From positions 1,408,001 through 1,472,000 of the forward strand of contig CAVOYH010000003.1 of the NCBI GenBank assembly GCA_963700635.1: a DNA stretch of 64,000 nucleotides, written 5' to 3'. Positions within the stretch are counted from its first letter, which is position 1. Each line of letters begins with the position of its first letter. This document shows, piece after piece, positions 41,316 to 53,201 of the stretch. A program made the position numbers and the translations under genes. Under the pieces are notes generated by a model that was not told the origin of the DNA, did no database searches, and worked only from the letters and a program-made list of their open reading frames with translations. This DNA is from an uncultured Bacteroidota bacterium. Lineage in GTDB: Bacteria > Bacteroidota > Ignavibacteria > UBA10030 > UBA6906.

Positions 41316-42461
41316 ATGAAGATGTACAGACGGTTATTCGTTCTTGTCGTTGCTTTTGTCGTAACGGTCACAACGTTCGCGCAGGTAGCATATGTCAACC
41401 GGATATCCATCCCCGATGTGGCCGGGTACGTAACCCTCAAGTGTGACTTCCACATCCATACGGTCTTCTCCGACGGTGATGTCTGGCCCACATTTCGTGT
41501 GCAGGAGGCCCTGGCTGATGGACTCGATGCGATCGCGCTTACCGACCATGTGGAGTATCAGCCGAAGGGGGAGTACGTGTCAAAAGATCGGAACGCCGCC
41601 TACAGAATTGCGCGGCAGGCTGCGGCCGATGCGGGTTTAATCCTTATCCCGGGAGCGGAGATAACCAGGGCAATGCCTCCGGGCCACCTTAATGCCATCT
41701 TTGTGGAGGATGCCAACGCTCTGGCACAAGAAGAATGGAAGGACGCGATCAACGAGGCGGCACGACAGGGTGCGGTCATCTTCTGGAACCACCCCGGATG
41801 GGAGGGGCAGCAGCCGGGCAGGGTGGCGAAATGGTACGGCGAGCACACGTATCTGCACGAAAAGGGAGTACTTGCCGGTATGGAAGTCGTAAACGCCAAA
41901 GACTACTACCCTGAAGTTCTCACCTGGTGTCTGGAGAAAAAATGTGCCATCCTGGGGAATTCCGACACGCATGGTCCGATAGAGTTTGAATACCGCGACA
42001 GCCCGGATCGGCCGCGTGCGATGACTCTGGTCTTTGCCCGGGAGCGGAGCGCCGCGGCGATCAAGGAAGCCATTCTTGCAAGGAGGACCGCGGTAATGCG
42101 GGGGCACGATCTGATCGGTGAGGATCAGTGGCTAAGGCAAATCTTCGAGAACTCGGTTTTGTTTGATACGAATACCGTGTCCCTCCGGGGACGGGAGAGA
42201 AAATTCCTCCGGGTGACGAACAGTTCTGATATACCGTACAGGCTGGTCCTTGCTGCTCAGGACACCAACATTCAGTTCCCCGGGGAGTTCAAGCTGGATC
42301 CGGGGCGAGCGGCTCTGATACCGATCAGGGCCCGGAGGGATTCACTGTCATTAACCGGGCCGTTAACCGTGACCTATGATGTGTCGAACCTCATTGTCGG
42401 AGCCGGCAAGGTGCTGACGTACCCCCTGACCCTGCAGATGGATGTGAAGCCGAAGGAGTAG
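41316..42461 (+). CDS. PHP-domain phosphoesterase (Sb-PDE-like), secreted
   Basis: DFHIHTVFSDG, TDH, GAEIT..MPPGHLNA, NHP, GNSDTH. Confidence 0.85.
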   Translation: MKMYRRLFVLVVAFVVTVTTFAQVAYVNRISIPDVAGYVTLKCDFHIHTVFSDGDVWPTFRVQEALADGLDAIALTDHVEYQPKGEYVSKDRNAAYRIARQAAADAGLILIPGAEITRAMPPGHLNAIFVEDANALAQEEWKDAINEAARQGAVIFWNHPGWEGQQPGRVAKWYGEHTYLHEKGVLAGMEVVNAKDYYPEVLTWCLEKKCAILGNSDTHGPIEFEYRDSPDRPRAMTLVFARERSAAAIKEAILARRTAVMRGHDLIGEDQWLRQIFENSVLFDTNTVSLRGRERKFLRVTNSSDIPYRLVLAAQDTNIQFPGEFKLDPGRAALIPIRARRDSLSLTGPLTVTYDVSNLIVGAGKVLTYPLTLQMDVKPKE

Positions 42462-42608
42462 GGAAAATTACCAGGATGGATCGGATTGCCGGCCTTCCGG
42501 CAGAGATCAGGGAACCGGGGTCCAGAGTGCTCCTTAGTCCCGGACGGACATTTTCTGCAGATGTAGTCATATCAAAGGGCTAATTCAAAACATCCCAGGG
42601 AGATTGGT

Positions 42609-45254
42609 ATGAAGAAGATACTGCTCTTAATGCTCTGCAGCACTTCCCTGTTCTCCATGCCCGCAAAGCGGACCCCAACCGTTGTGTCACAACCCGACGG
42701 GTCGAAGTTCAGTGTGGTAGGCTTCGGGGATGAGTATTACAACTATGCGGAGACTCTGGACGGCTACGTCGTCATTCAAGGGAGCGATAACACCTGGTAC
42801 TATGCAACACTGAGTCCCGAAGGAAGATTTATCCCCAGCAGCTTCAAAATACCGGGCAGCGGTATACAGCCGCGGAATCAAACGGTGATGAATATTCCCC
42901 GGCATCTGGTAGAGTCAAAGCAGGTAATTGCTGAAAAGAGGCAGACCTACCGCGTGAATCACAGGATTTTTGATAATACACTTTACAAAAGTATTCCCGG
43001 GGTACAACGCACAGAGAGTGCGGTAAAGCGTGTCCTGATTTTGTGTGTACAATTTTCAGACTTAGTGGCGACTCAAACAAGTGCAAGTTTTCAGGACATG
43101 GTAAATAATGATAGTTGGAAGAGCGGTATTGGCGGCATGAGCAAGTATTACAAGGACGTCTCCTATAACACCGTTTCAGTACAGGCGGACTATAAGGATT
43201 GGATTACCGCTTCAGGGACATCGTCGTATTATGCGTATAACAACCCATTGTACGGCACGCACATGCAGGAACTTATAAGTCAGTGTATTGACGCAGCAGA
43301 GGCAAGTGGGGTGGACTTTTCGCTTTACGATAACGATGGCGATGGCGCTGTTGATGGACTGTTCGTCGTTCACGCCGGAAAGGGTGCCGAGGAGGGCAAC
43401 CAGACACAATATATCTGGTCTCATCAGGGCAGTCTGGGTGCGTCGTATGCGAGATCGTACGACGGGAAAACCGTAAGCAGGTATATTATCATGCCGGAAT
43501 TGTACGGGTCCAATCATGTTGACATAGGGGTATTCTGCCACGAGTACGGCCACATGCTGGGGTTGCCGGATCTGTATGATACCAATGGAGCTACCGATGG
43601 TGGATCTGAAGGTATGGGCAACTGGTGCCTGATGGCTACCGGGAGTTGGGGCGGAAACGGCTTTACTCCCGAAAGGCCTTCACACATGTCCGCGTACTGC
43701 AAAGAACTCCTGGGGTACACAACCCCCACGGTTGTTGAGGCAAGTCAGGCATTGAGCGTTCCTCTGGCGGAAACAAATTCCTTTTCCTACAAAATATGGA
43801 TGGATGATAACCAGTCTGATGAGTATATGCTCATTGAGAACAGACAGCAAACCGGATTTGACCTCAATCTGCCGGGTTCGGGATTATTGATGTACCATGT
43901 AGACAAGAATCTCGCTGATATCTGGCCGGCCTCAAATGACATCAATGTGACCAGCACACACCTGGGGGTTAAGGTGTACGAGGCCGACGGTCTGGAGCAG
44001 ATGGCAGGAGGTATGAACAGAGGTAATGCGGGAGATCCGTATCCCGGCTCAACCGGAAACACATCGTTATCCTCAAGCACGACCCCCAACTCGGCACTCT
44101 GGAATACGAATCCGAGCGGCGTGGGAATTACCGGTATTTCCGCGTCCTCGGCGACGATGACGGCCACCGCTGTACTTCCGGCGTATTATGGATACAACCG
44201 GCAGTTCTACAGGGAGTTGACCGGAGATTCGTACGGCAATTCATCATCAACGTCCGGGTACGGAATGGTCAGATGTACCCCCACTCATACCGGCAAGCTT
44301 GTGGGAGTCAGGGTGTTCAGTTATGAAAATACCTATACAGCCGTGACTGCAGAAGTCTTTGCCAATTTTAGCTCGAATACACTGTCGACGCAGGTGGGTA
44401 GTTCGGCCAGCGGAGCCTCGGCGGGTGTGGATAATTTTATCCAGATAAACTTCTCACCAGCAATCGATGTAACGCAGAACGTGCCGGTTTACGTCAGGAT
44501 GTTTTTTCAGAAACTCTCGGGCGGACATGCCGTCCCAATTGATGCTACGCCTCCGGCCACCGGGGATTCCTACTATTCCGGTGACGGGACAACCTTCAGC
44601 AATCTGGCTCCGTACGATATTGCCGTGCGTGTTGTCATGCGCGGTAATGCTCCGTTGCCGGTCGAGCTTGCCTCGTTTACCGCAAATACCGAAGGCTCTG
44701 GAGTGACTTTACGCTGGCAGACTGTCTCAGAAATAAACAACTTTGGTTTTGAGATGGAAAAAGACACCGTACGGGCTCAACAGGTGTTTTCCATAATCCC
44801 GGGTAGTTTCATCCGGGGACACGGAACAACGCTGGTGCCGCACACGTACACGTTTATCGATAGCAGCGCCACTTCGGGGAGATGGGCGTACAGGTTAAAA
44901 CAAATTGACCTTGATGGCACCGTGCATGTGTTTGATGCTGTACTGGTCGACTTGAGGTTAACGGATGCGGGGAGCGAACCGGGCGTACCGACGACATTCA
45001 CATTGTTGCAGAACTTCCCCAACCCGTTCAATCCGTCGACGACAATCCGTTACGGTCTCCCCTCTCAATCGCACGTAACGCTGACCGTTTTCAACGCCCT
45101 CGGGCAGCAGGTTGCGCAGCTCGTTAAGGGGGAACAGGGGGCAGGATATCACGAGGTCAGGTTCGATGGGAGCGGGTTATCCAGTGGAGTGTATTTCTAC
45201 AGGATGCAGGCAGAGGGTTTTATGGAGACGCGCAGGTTCCTGCTGGTGAGGTGA
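42609..45254 (+). CDS. M6 family (immune inhibitor A-like) metalloprotease with T9SS CTD
   Basis: QPDG..GDE propeptide, DNDGDGAVD, HAGKG, CHEYGHMLGLPDLYD, WCLMATGSW, IENRQ; PVELASF domain; QNFPNPFNP. Confidence 0.92.
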   Translation: MKKILLLMLCSTSLFSMPAKRTPTVVSQPDGSKFSVVGFGDEYYNYAETLDGYVVIQGSDNTWYYATLSPEGRFIPSSFKIPGSGIQPRNQTVMNIPRHLVESKQVIAEKRQTYRVNHRIFDNTLYKSIPGVQRTESAVKRVLILCVQFSDLVATQTSASFQDMVNNDSWKSGIGGMSKYYKDVSYNTVSVQADYKDWITASGTSSYYAYNNPLYGTHMQELISQCIDAAEASGVDFSLYDNDGDGAVDGLFVVHAGKGAEEGNQTQYIWSHQGSLGASYARSYDGKTVSRYIIMPELYGSNHVDIGVFCHEYGHMLGLPDLYDTNGATDGGSEGMGNWCLMATGSWGGNGFTPERPSHMSAYCKELLGYTTPTVVEASQALSVPLAETNSFSYKIWMDDNQSDEYMLIENRQQTGFDLNLPGSGLLMYHVDKNLADIWPASNDINVTSTHLGVKVYEADGLEQMAGGMNRGNAGDPYPGSTGNTSLSSSTTPNSALWNTNPSGVGITGISASSATMTATAVLPAYYGYNRQFYRELTGDSYGNSSSTSGYGMVRCTPTHTGKLVGVRVFSYENTYTAVTAEVFANFSSNTLSTQVGSSASGASAGVDNFIQINFSPAIDVTQNVPVYVRMFFQKLSGGHAVPIDATPPATGDSYYSGDGTTFSNLAPYDIAVRVVMRGNAPLPVELASFTANTEGSGVTLRWQTVSEINNFGFEMEKDTVRAQQVFSIIPGSFIRGHGTTLVPHTYTFIDSSATSGRWAYRLKQIDLDGTVHVFDAVLVDLRLTDAGSEPGVPTTFTLLQNFPNPFNPSTTIRYGLPSQSHVTLTVFNALGQQVAQLVKGEQGAGYHEVRFDGSGLSSGVYFYRMQAEGFMETRRFLLVR

Positions 45255-45598
45255 CCGCCATCGGTGGGGTAAAGACGAAACTCAGCATTCACTCCATACT
45301 GAGCCTGGGCCGACAGCCCACCTTGACCATGACCCTCTTCAGGGATCTTGCGCCTTTGCTTGCGCTGTGTTATGTTGTGCCATCGGTGCCTGATGGCTAC
45401 ATTTGACTGCGCGCCGCAGCTGTGGACCCTGATCCAGAACTCCCCGTCGTAGAGCCCCTCCAACTGCCCCATGGCCCCGAGCCACACAATGTCCTGATGC
45501 CCCTCTGAAACCGGGACCAGAAGGTCCGGGAGGGAGAGGCCAGTCATCCCCCCCGGTGAGTTCTTGAAACACGTTGAACCGCGGCGAGGTCGCACGAT

Positions 45599-47287
45599 AT
45601 GCCTGCAGGGGAATCCAGCGTAATACTCGGGCTTGTGCTCTTCTTGCTTCTGACAACCATGCCCCCCTGTGTTTACACCCAACAATCAGCCCTTTCTTTC
45701 GAAACTCTTCCCATTGATCAAGGCGCCCCCACGCACGTCTCCTGTATACTCCAGGATAGAACCGGCTACATGTGGATCGGCACATGGAGTGGATTACATA
45801 GGTACGATGGGTACGGTTTTGTGACCTACAAGCACAACCCTGCGGACACTTCCAGTCTGGCACACAATGCGGTGTTCACACTCTATGAAGATAAAGCGGG
45901 CGTCCTCTGGATCGGTAGCCCCATTGGACTTGACAGACTTGACCAGGCAACCGGCAGATTCAAGCACTATACCCCGAATCCGTCCATTGCAGAAAACGAC
46001 TCAAGTAACAGGATTTCGCAAGTCTATGAAGGGCGCAATGGTGCTTTCTGGGTCGGCACAGGATTTGGCTTACGCATGTTCGATAGGAGGAGTGGAGAAT
46101 TTTTACCTCTGAAAGAGGATACCTCTGATGCCGGAAGCGTTCCTGTAGGGAGTATCTATGAAGACAATGAAGGGACGCTCTGGGTCGGAACTGCCACAGG
46201 ACTGGCCAGGTACGATACGACAACCAGAACGTTCATCTACTGCTGGAGTGATCCAGGCAACAGGCAGAAGTTGTGGATCAATAGTCCCTCCGTGCACTGG
46301 ATCAATTCAATTTGCGGAGATGAAAACGGTAGATTGTGGTTAGGGACAAATGGGGGCCTGGTTGAATACAACCTCAAGGAACGCACATTTCTCACATACC
46401 GTTATAGCTCGGCGGATCTTCTTAATCCGCAACATCCCGAAAACCGTATCATCTCGATGTGCCAGACTGGTCCTTCGGAACCACTCTGGATCGGTTCCCG
46501 TTCCGGGCTATTCTCGTTTGACAGACAATCAAAGACATTCACCCACCAGCTCGATCAAGGAGTGACTTCTGTCTGCGGCGAACGATCCGGTACGCTCTGG
46601 GTGGGGATGAATACGGGGATCAGGAAGCTTAACCGTCCGCGACACTCGTTCATTAAGGTCCCCATGGGTGACATCGCCTGTGCCCTCGTCAACGGAAATG
46701 CGGAGATCATATGGGTATATGCCTACAAGAAAGGAGGGTGGCTACGGTTTGATCTGAAAACCTCACAATTCGTTCCATACGCTTTCGGAACTGATTACCT
46801 TTACTATGCATATCCCGGAGGTGATCTATCATTTCTCAAAACTGACGGCAGTTTTTATATATGTGATACTCTGGGGAAAGAGACATTCTCGCTGGGCCCG
46901 TCTTCCAGGAGCTTTAATCACTCGTTTTCATTCGGCTGGAAGACCCATCGGGGGTACTATGTCGGAACCCACGGGGGTGGTCTGTATCTTTTTGATCCTG
47001 AGACCCGGGGTGTTACAGAAATCAGGAAAGTGAAACAGGGTATCTATTATATCTACGAAGATACATTCGGGCTCCTCTGGGTTGCCAGTCATGGGGGTGG
47101 ATTGTTCTCTTATGATCAGGCAAACAACACCTTTGCCGATGATGTTGGTGTGCGAAGAAACCCGTCAGGAGTAAGCGGGAGAGAGATTAATCAGATCTAC
47201 GAGGATGCGAAGGGAAGAATATGGTTCGCCACGAGCGCTGGTTTGGACCGCTATGAGCGCTCAACCAACGGTTTCACATGTTCCTGA
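45599..47287 (+). pseudogene. Two-component-type beta-propeller sensor gene, 3'-truncated (no Y_Y_Y, TM or output domain)
   Basis: QDRTGYMWIGTWSGLHRYDG and similar blades; ends mid-blade (GFTCS*) where a T9SS tail starts in another frame. Confidence 0.7.
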
Positions 47288-47567
47288 GAAACCGGACTCG
47301 CCCTGTTCTTTCTTGCTTATGCAAAACTACCCGAATCCGTTCAATCCCGGTACAGTCATCGGCTACCGATTACCGGAAAACTGTGCAGTGCGCCTTATAG
47401 TATTTGATATCCTGGGTCGCGAAGTGGCAACGCTGGTGAACGAAAAGCAGGTACCCGGAAATTATGAAGTCACGTTCGAAGCAAAGAACCTTCCAAGCGG
47501 TGTATATTTCTATCGACTGATAGCCGACGATTTTGTTCAAACACGCAAGCTCGTCGTATTGCATTAA
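47277..47567 (+). pseudogene. Orphan T9SS C-terminal domain fragment
   Basis: HVPEKPDSPCSFLLMQNYPNPFNPG...LPSGVYFYRL...RKLVVLH, out of frame with the upstream gene. Confidence 0.75.
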
Positions 47568-47772
47568 TCGTCGTGTTGTGAGTTCGATCACGCGAATTCC
47601 ACCGGACGCCAGAGTCAGCATATATCCACTTGATTGTCACGAATCCCCGCAGTATCTTTTGAGGGTTGCGCATCTCCCGCGTCGCCGGTTCCTCCGACAG
47701 ATGGACGGCCTCTGTCAATTGATGTGAGCGGCGTACGTGATCCCCAGTTCTTCATCCGGAACATTTCCCAGC

Positions 47773-48096
47773 ATGATTACGTTCATAAAAACCCTTCATA
47801 CGGTCATCTGGATCGTCATGACGATGGCAGTCCTGTACATCGGATATTCTGTGTTCAGCATGAAGTTTGATACGTTGTTCTATATATCGCTGTTCCTGAT
47901 TGTCGGAGAAAGCCTCGTCATCATGATAAATTCCTGGAGGTGTCCGCTCACGAACATTGCAAAACGTTATACTGACGAGAATACTCCTAACTTCGACATT
48001 TATCTTCCAAGAACCGTCGCAAAATATAACAAAGAGATATTCAGCACGATCTTGTTTTTCATCCTCCTGGTGTACATTTACAATTCTGTTATGTGA
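47773..48096 (+). CDS. Small hypothetical membrane protein (DUF2784-like RCPLT motif)
   Basis: Three hydrophobic segments; IKTLHT..W, WRCPLT, FDIYLP. Confidence 0.65.
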   Translation: MITFIKTLHTVIWIVMTMAVLYIGYSVFSMKFDTLFYISLFLIVGESLVIMINSWRCPLTNIAKRYTDENTPNFDIYLPRTVAKYNKEIFSTILFFILLVYIYNSVM

Positions 48097-48187
48097 ATGT
48101 GACGTACATTCGTGATACTTTGAAAAGGCCCAGGATCGTCCCAGGGCACGTGGAAGTCAGCAAGGGAGCCGGGAGGATGCCGTGAGG

Positions 48188-49654
48188 CTACGAATTGAAT
48201 GGCGTGTGCTCGCTGAATGGGGATTGCCCGGACCTCATGGCGGCCAGCAGCTCGTTGTTGACCGGATAAAGGCGGATCAGCCCGAGGGATATCAGCGAGA
48301 TTAGCGGTCCGACGAGCAGGGTCACGGCGCAGAGCCTCCACAGCGTCTCCGGCGACTGCACGATCTCCTTCCCCGGTTCAAACCCGATGAGCGCAAGAGT
48401 GTAGCCGCTGGCCAGCACGGCAAGTGAGATGGCGAGCTTCTGTGAAAAGCTGAACACTGCCGCGTACGCACCATCCTTGTTTACCCCTGTCCTGAGTTCG
48501 TTGATTTCGGACACGTCGGCCATCATCGAGGTTGACGTGGGGAAGATTATGCCGTTCCCCATCCAGTAGAGTCCGTGAAAGATCGCAAACACGATAAACG
48601 CAACCGGAACGGTAAACGAGAAGGCCATGACGGACTGTCCGGGGACAAGTATCCCCGGAAGAAAGAGAGCAGCGAGTAGAAAATTACATCCGACGCTCAA
48701 CAGTCCTCCAAACACGACTGCCCCCTTCTTATCGAACCTCTTTGACAGGGACGATGCTACCAGCGATCCGATACCAAAGCCGATCATTGAGCCGCTATGG
48801 ACGATGGTCTTCTCAACACCGCCGAACCGCATAAAGTGTTCGTAGAGGTACATCTGGAGCGAGCTGACGAGCGCGACCCCGATGGTCACGACGACGGCGA
48901 ATCCGAACACCATGCGGGGAAAGGGATCGGTGACGATCTCCCGCAAATCCTTGACCAGCCCCTTGATAGTGTTTTCCCCCACTGTCATGAGGCGGCTGTC
49001 TTTGATATGTTTTCGTGTCAGTACCACGACCACGAGGACGCAGAGGAGCGCGAACAGGGCGAAACTCGTGCCCATGGTCAGGTAGTTTTGTTCGACAGAT
49101 GTTGCGCGGACAAGGTCGTTGTTCGAGAAGAAGATCGCCCAGGCCAGTCCGGGGCCGAGAGTGTTCGCGAGCATATTCATTGCCGAGCGGATCCCCTGGA
49201 GGGTGACACGCCCCTGGTAGTCGGTACAGATCTCGAAGCCCAGGGCGACGAACGGGACATAAAACGCTGTGACTGCTGTCCGTTGGAGAAGGTTGATCAC
49301 GACGAGGTACCAGAACAGCAACTGCACGTTGCTCGTGAAGACGGACGGAACGTACCACAGGAAGAAATATGTGGCGATCATGGCGAGCCCCCCCCAGAAC
49401 ATGTACGGGTGGCGCCGGCCGAAACGGCTTCGTGTGTTGTCCGTCAGGTGCCCCATAACCGGATCGGTGATCGCATCCCAGAAGACCGCTACGGCCATGG
49501 CAATGCCGGCATCGGCATGCTTCAGACCCAGGGCGTCGGTGTAATAGAGCATGGCGAACCCGAACAGCGAATTCATGACGATAGAATTGGCGCATTCACC
49601 TATGGAATAGCCGAGCATGCTGGAGCGGGAGCATGAGAGTGACGGTGTTGGCAT
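48188..49654 (-). CDS. MFS glycoside-pentoside-hexuronide (GPH) symporter
   Basis: WDAITDPVMGHLTDNTRSRFGRRHPY, MADV..E..TG...G; ATG 49654. Confidence 0.88.
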   Translation of the reverse strand: MPTPSLSCSRSSMLGYSIGECANSIVMNSLFGFAMLYYTDALGLKHADAGIAMAVAVFWDAITDPVMGHLTDNTRSRFGRRHPYMFWGGLAMIATYFFLWYVPSVFTSNVQLLFWYLVVINLLQRTAVTAFYVPFVALGFEICTDYQGRVTLQGIRSAMNMLANTLGPGLAWAIFFSNNDLVRATSVEQNYLTMGTSFALFALLCVLVVVVLTRKHIKDSRLMTVGENTIKGLVKDLREIVTDPFPRMVFGFAVVVTIGVALVSSLQMYLYEHFMRFGGVEKTIVHSGSMIGFGIGSLVASSLSKRFDKKGAVVFGGLLSVGCNFLLAALFLPGILVPGQSVMAFSFTVPVAFIVFAIFHGLYWMGNGIIFPTSTSMMADVSEINELRTGVNKDGAYAAVFSFSQKLAISLAVLASGYTLALIGFEPGKEIVQSPETLWRLCAVTLLVGPLISLISLGLIRLYPVNNELLAAMRSGQSPFSEHTPFNS

Positions 49655-49886
49655 CGTATGGTCCTGTATGGGTGCAGCAGGGAAGATCGGAGATCGTGGC
49701 TGTCGGAAGATAGAGGAAAGAATTGAGGAATGCGAGTACAGAACATGGTCCGTACGGTGAATATCTTGCATATACACTTTCTCTGGCGTATGTTTCCGGC
49801 ACACACTTCGGTGCCTGAAGGGCCCACAGCGCGACCCGACCCATAGTCCGGGAACAAGCCATCCTCACTGTTGACGGGGAATAGCT

Positions 49887-51997
49887 GTGAATTCGTTCAT
49901 CGGTCAGACAGTCTCCCACTACAAGATTCTCGAGAAAGTGGGCGAGGGCGGCATGGGTGTCGTCTACAAGGCCGAGGACACTCGTCTTGAACGGCCCGTC
50001 GCGCTGAAATTCCTCCCGTCAAACCTCACCGGCGACAAATCGTCGAATGAGCGGTTCATCCATGAGGCCAGAGCCGCTTCAGCGATCGACCACCCGAATA
50101 TCTGCACCGTCTACGAAATTGACGAGACCCAGGACGGTCAGATGTTTATTGTCATGGCCTACTATGAAGGCGATACCTTAAAAAAGGAAATCGAGCGTGG
50201 GATAGAGGATTGTAATCGGGCTGTTGACATCGCCATACAACTGTCTGATGCACTGGCATTAGCCCATCAGAAGGGGATTATCCACAGGGATATAAAGCCT
50301 GGCAACATTCTGATGACCAAGGGGGGACAGGCGAAAATAGTCGATTTCGGTCTGGCAAAGCTTACCGGGCAGGCAAGGATGACCATGACCGGCACGACTA
50401 TGGGTACGACGGCGTATATGTCGCCCGAGCAGTTGCGCGGGGAGCAAGTGGATCACCGCTCGGATATCTGGTCTCTCGGTGTGGTCTTGTATGAGATGAT
50501 AACCGGGAATTTGCCCTTCCATGCAGAGTTTTCGGAGGCCATTGCCTATCAGATCCTGAATGAAGTGCCGAAGCCTGCAACCCCGTGCCGGGGCGAAATC
50601 CCACCCGGGCTGCAACGAATCATCCAGAAATGCCTTGAAAAAGACAGGGAGCTCCGGTATCAGAGTTTCGAGGAGATCCTCGCAGATTTTTCTCGCTTGC
50701 GGGGCACTCCTGTCGGCTGGAGACTTGCCTGGAGCATGGCAAGGAGTCGTCTCTGGTCTTCATGGGTCACAAAGGCAGCCGCTGCCGCCCTCATCATCGT
50801 TGCCGCGCTTGTCGGAATCTCCCGATTATTCCCGGGCGCCGAAACAGCGATTGATTCGATCGCCGTACTTCCTCTCGAAAACCTCTCCGCCACCGCCGAT
50901 CAGGATTATCTGGCCGACGGTCTTCACGAGGCATTGATCAGTGACCTGGCAAGGCTCAGCGGATTCCGGCGGGTGATCGCCCGGTCGTCGGTTAAACGGT
51001 TCAAAAATACGATGTTGTCCCCCCGGCGGATTGCAGATGAACTCGGGGTAAGGGCGATTCTGACAGGGACGGTGTTATGCTCGGGCAGTGATATTCGGAT
51101 TACGGCGCATCTGATTGATGGTGTAACAGAAAATACAATCTGGTCTGAACGTTACGACCGTACCTTCAAAGACCTCCTCTCCCTGGAAAAAGAAATTGTT
51201 GAGGGGTTGACCCGGGAAATCCAATTGCGGCTTACGCAAAAAGAGCAGACTGGCCTCCGGGTTCCGCGCGCGGTAAACCCGGAAGCCTACGAAGCGTATC
51301 TCCAGGGCGCGTTCTACTGGCGAAAACAAACACGTCGGGTGCCGAACAGGAGTTCAGGCAGGCCATTGAAATTAATCCCAACCTTGCTGATGGGCATTTC
51401 TTCTACGCAGATCTTCTCATCACGCTCGGGCGGTCCGGGGAATGGGAGGTGGAAAGTCAGCGCGCGCTTGAACTTGACCCGCTGGATGACTTCAAGAGAT
51501 GTTTTTACGGCTGGCACCTGAATTATGTGGGCAGGTACGACGAAGCTATCCCGATATTCCAGAAACTTCTGTCTGAAGGTCCGAACAAGGCGTCGAACTA
51601 TCTTGGTCTCTGGGGCGCTTATTACAGAAAGAAGATGTATGGTGAAGCCCTGTCTGCCGCGAGGGGGTACTTTCTTGCGGTTGGTGATAAAGAATTCGCA
51701 GATTCGCTTGGTGCAGGAGGGGATGAAGCGACGTATCGCGAAAAAATGGAGCGCACCGGCGAGATCATGGCGGTTCGATCCAGGGATAGGCACGTCCCGG
51801 CAATCCGTATCGCAAGGATGTTTTCCCACGCGCGAAACAACAATTCAGCGATTCACTGGCTGGAACGGGCTTACAAAGACAGAGAATCTCCCATGATGCG
51901 CCTCGGCGTCTACTGGGATTGGTATGAGCTTCACCCGGACCCGCGGTTCCAGGATCTTCTGCGGCGGATGAACCTTCCGGCGAGCAAGGCCGGGTGA
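49887..51997 (+). pseudogene. Hanks-type Ser/Thr kinase with TolB-like and TPR regions, internal deletion/frameshift at about 51334
   Basis: GEGGMGVVY, VALK, HRDIKPGN, DFG, YMSPE; SIAVLPLEN; YEAYLQG-FYWRKQT joins out of frame to SGAEQEFRQAIEINPN...DPRFQDLLRRMNL. Confidence 0.85.
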
Positions 51998-52060
51998 CGC
52001 AGGCGGAGTGTGCCTGTACGAATCGTGTTGCCGGCATCCCGGGAGCAGGATAGAATTATT

Positions 52061-53083
52061 ATGACAGCGGTCGTTCAAAACAGATACGGCTCACCGGACG
52101 TCCTCGAGATCAAGGAGATTGACAAGCCGGTGGTCGGGGATGATGAAGTCCTCGTGCGCGTACGAGCGGCTTCGATCCATCCGGATGTATGGCATGTCGT
52201 GAGTGGGCGGCCTTATGTTCTCCGCCTGATGGGAGCTGGATTCTCCAAACCCCAAAACCCAATTCCCGGTACAGACATGGCGGGCATCGTCGAGTCCGTC
52301 GGCAAGAGCGTGACGCAGTTTAGTCCGGGCGACCCGGTATTTGGCGAGACGACTGTCACCCATCAATGGATCCACGGTGGCGCGTTCGCCGAGTATGTGT
52401 CCGTCCATCAAGACCTGCTGGCGCTGAAGCCGGACAACGTCACGTTCGAGCAAGCCGCCTCCGTCCCGACATCCGGGTGCATCGCTCTACAGAACATCCG
52501 GGGCCTGAGTCAGTGGCGGCCGGGGCAGAAGGTATTGATCAACGGTGCTGGGGGCGGGGTAGGTGCGCTCGCCCTGCAGATCACGAAGGCCTACGGCGCG
52601 CACACGACCGCTGTGGATTGCACGAGCAAGCTGGGCATGCTCCGCTCACTCGGGGCAGAAGAGGTCGTCGACTACACACGGGAAGACTATACCCGGCGTG
52701 GCGTTCGCTATGACCTCGTCTTCGACGTTCCGGGGAACTATCCATTCTCCGCATGCAGGCGTGCCCTCAAACCTGACGGGAGATACGTACTCATCGGGCA
52801 TGAACGTTTTGGTGCTTCAGGCAAGCGCATGTTCGGACTCATCCCCCATTTTCTCAAGCTTACGGTCCTCTCACGCTTCGTGAAGCAGCTGCGAGATCCG
52901 GGCTTACCGATACCCACCCAAAAGGAAGCGATTGCCGTCCTCAGGGAGCTCCTCCAAATCGGGAAGATCACACCGATCATCGACAGCACGTACGGCCTCA
53001 GTGAGGTTCGCGAGGCTCTCCGGCACTTGATCGAAGATGAAATCCAGGGAAAGGTGATTCTTAATCCGACAGAAGCTGTCTAG
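52061..53083 (+). CDS. NAD(P)-dependent MDR-family oxidoreductase (quinone reductase/alcohol dehydrogenase-like)
   Basis: YGSPDVL, PGTDMAG, GAFAEY, INGAGGGVG, GKVIL; start at ATG 52061 or GTG 52010. Confidence 0.88.
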   Translation: MTAVVQNRYGSPDVLEIKEIDKPVVGDDEVLVRVRAASIHPDVWHVVSGRPYVLRLMGAGFSKPQNPIPGTDMAGIVESVGKSVTQFSPGDPVFGETTVTHQWIHGGAFAEYVSVHQDLLALKPDNVTFEQAASVPTSGCIALQNIRGLSQWRPGQKVLINGAGGGVGALALQITKAYGAHTTAVDCTSKLGMLRSLGAEEVVDYTREDYTRRGVRYDLVFDVPGNYPFSACRRALKPDGRYVLIGHERFGASGKRMFGLIPHFLKLTVLSRFVKQLRDPGLPIPTQKEAIAVLRELLQIGKITPIIDSTYGLSEVREALRHLIEDEIQGKVILNPTEAV

Positions 53084-53201
53084 GGGGCCGATGGAGTGAG
53101 GAGGATTCACTTTCGCTCAGCCAAGTGTGGCCAAAGTTGTTGTTCCAATTCGACTGGATCTTCGGGGGATAGATGATGGAATCTCCAATGAGTTTCAATA
53201 T

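Noticed and set aside
45240-45325. Hammerhead- or ZTP-like RNA (CTGGTGAG...GACGAAAC-TCAG..CTGAG, GCCTGGGC, GGTGGG/CCCACC stem)
   Set aside because: Core mismatches: no CUGANGA, no UH after stem III, and no ZTP P1/P2 consensus. Only a generic hairpin is supported.
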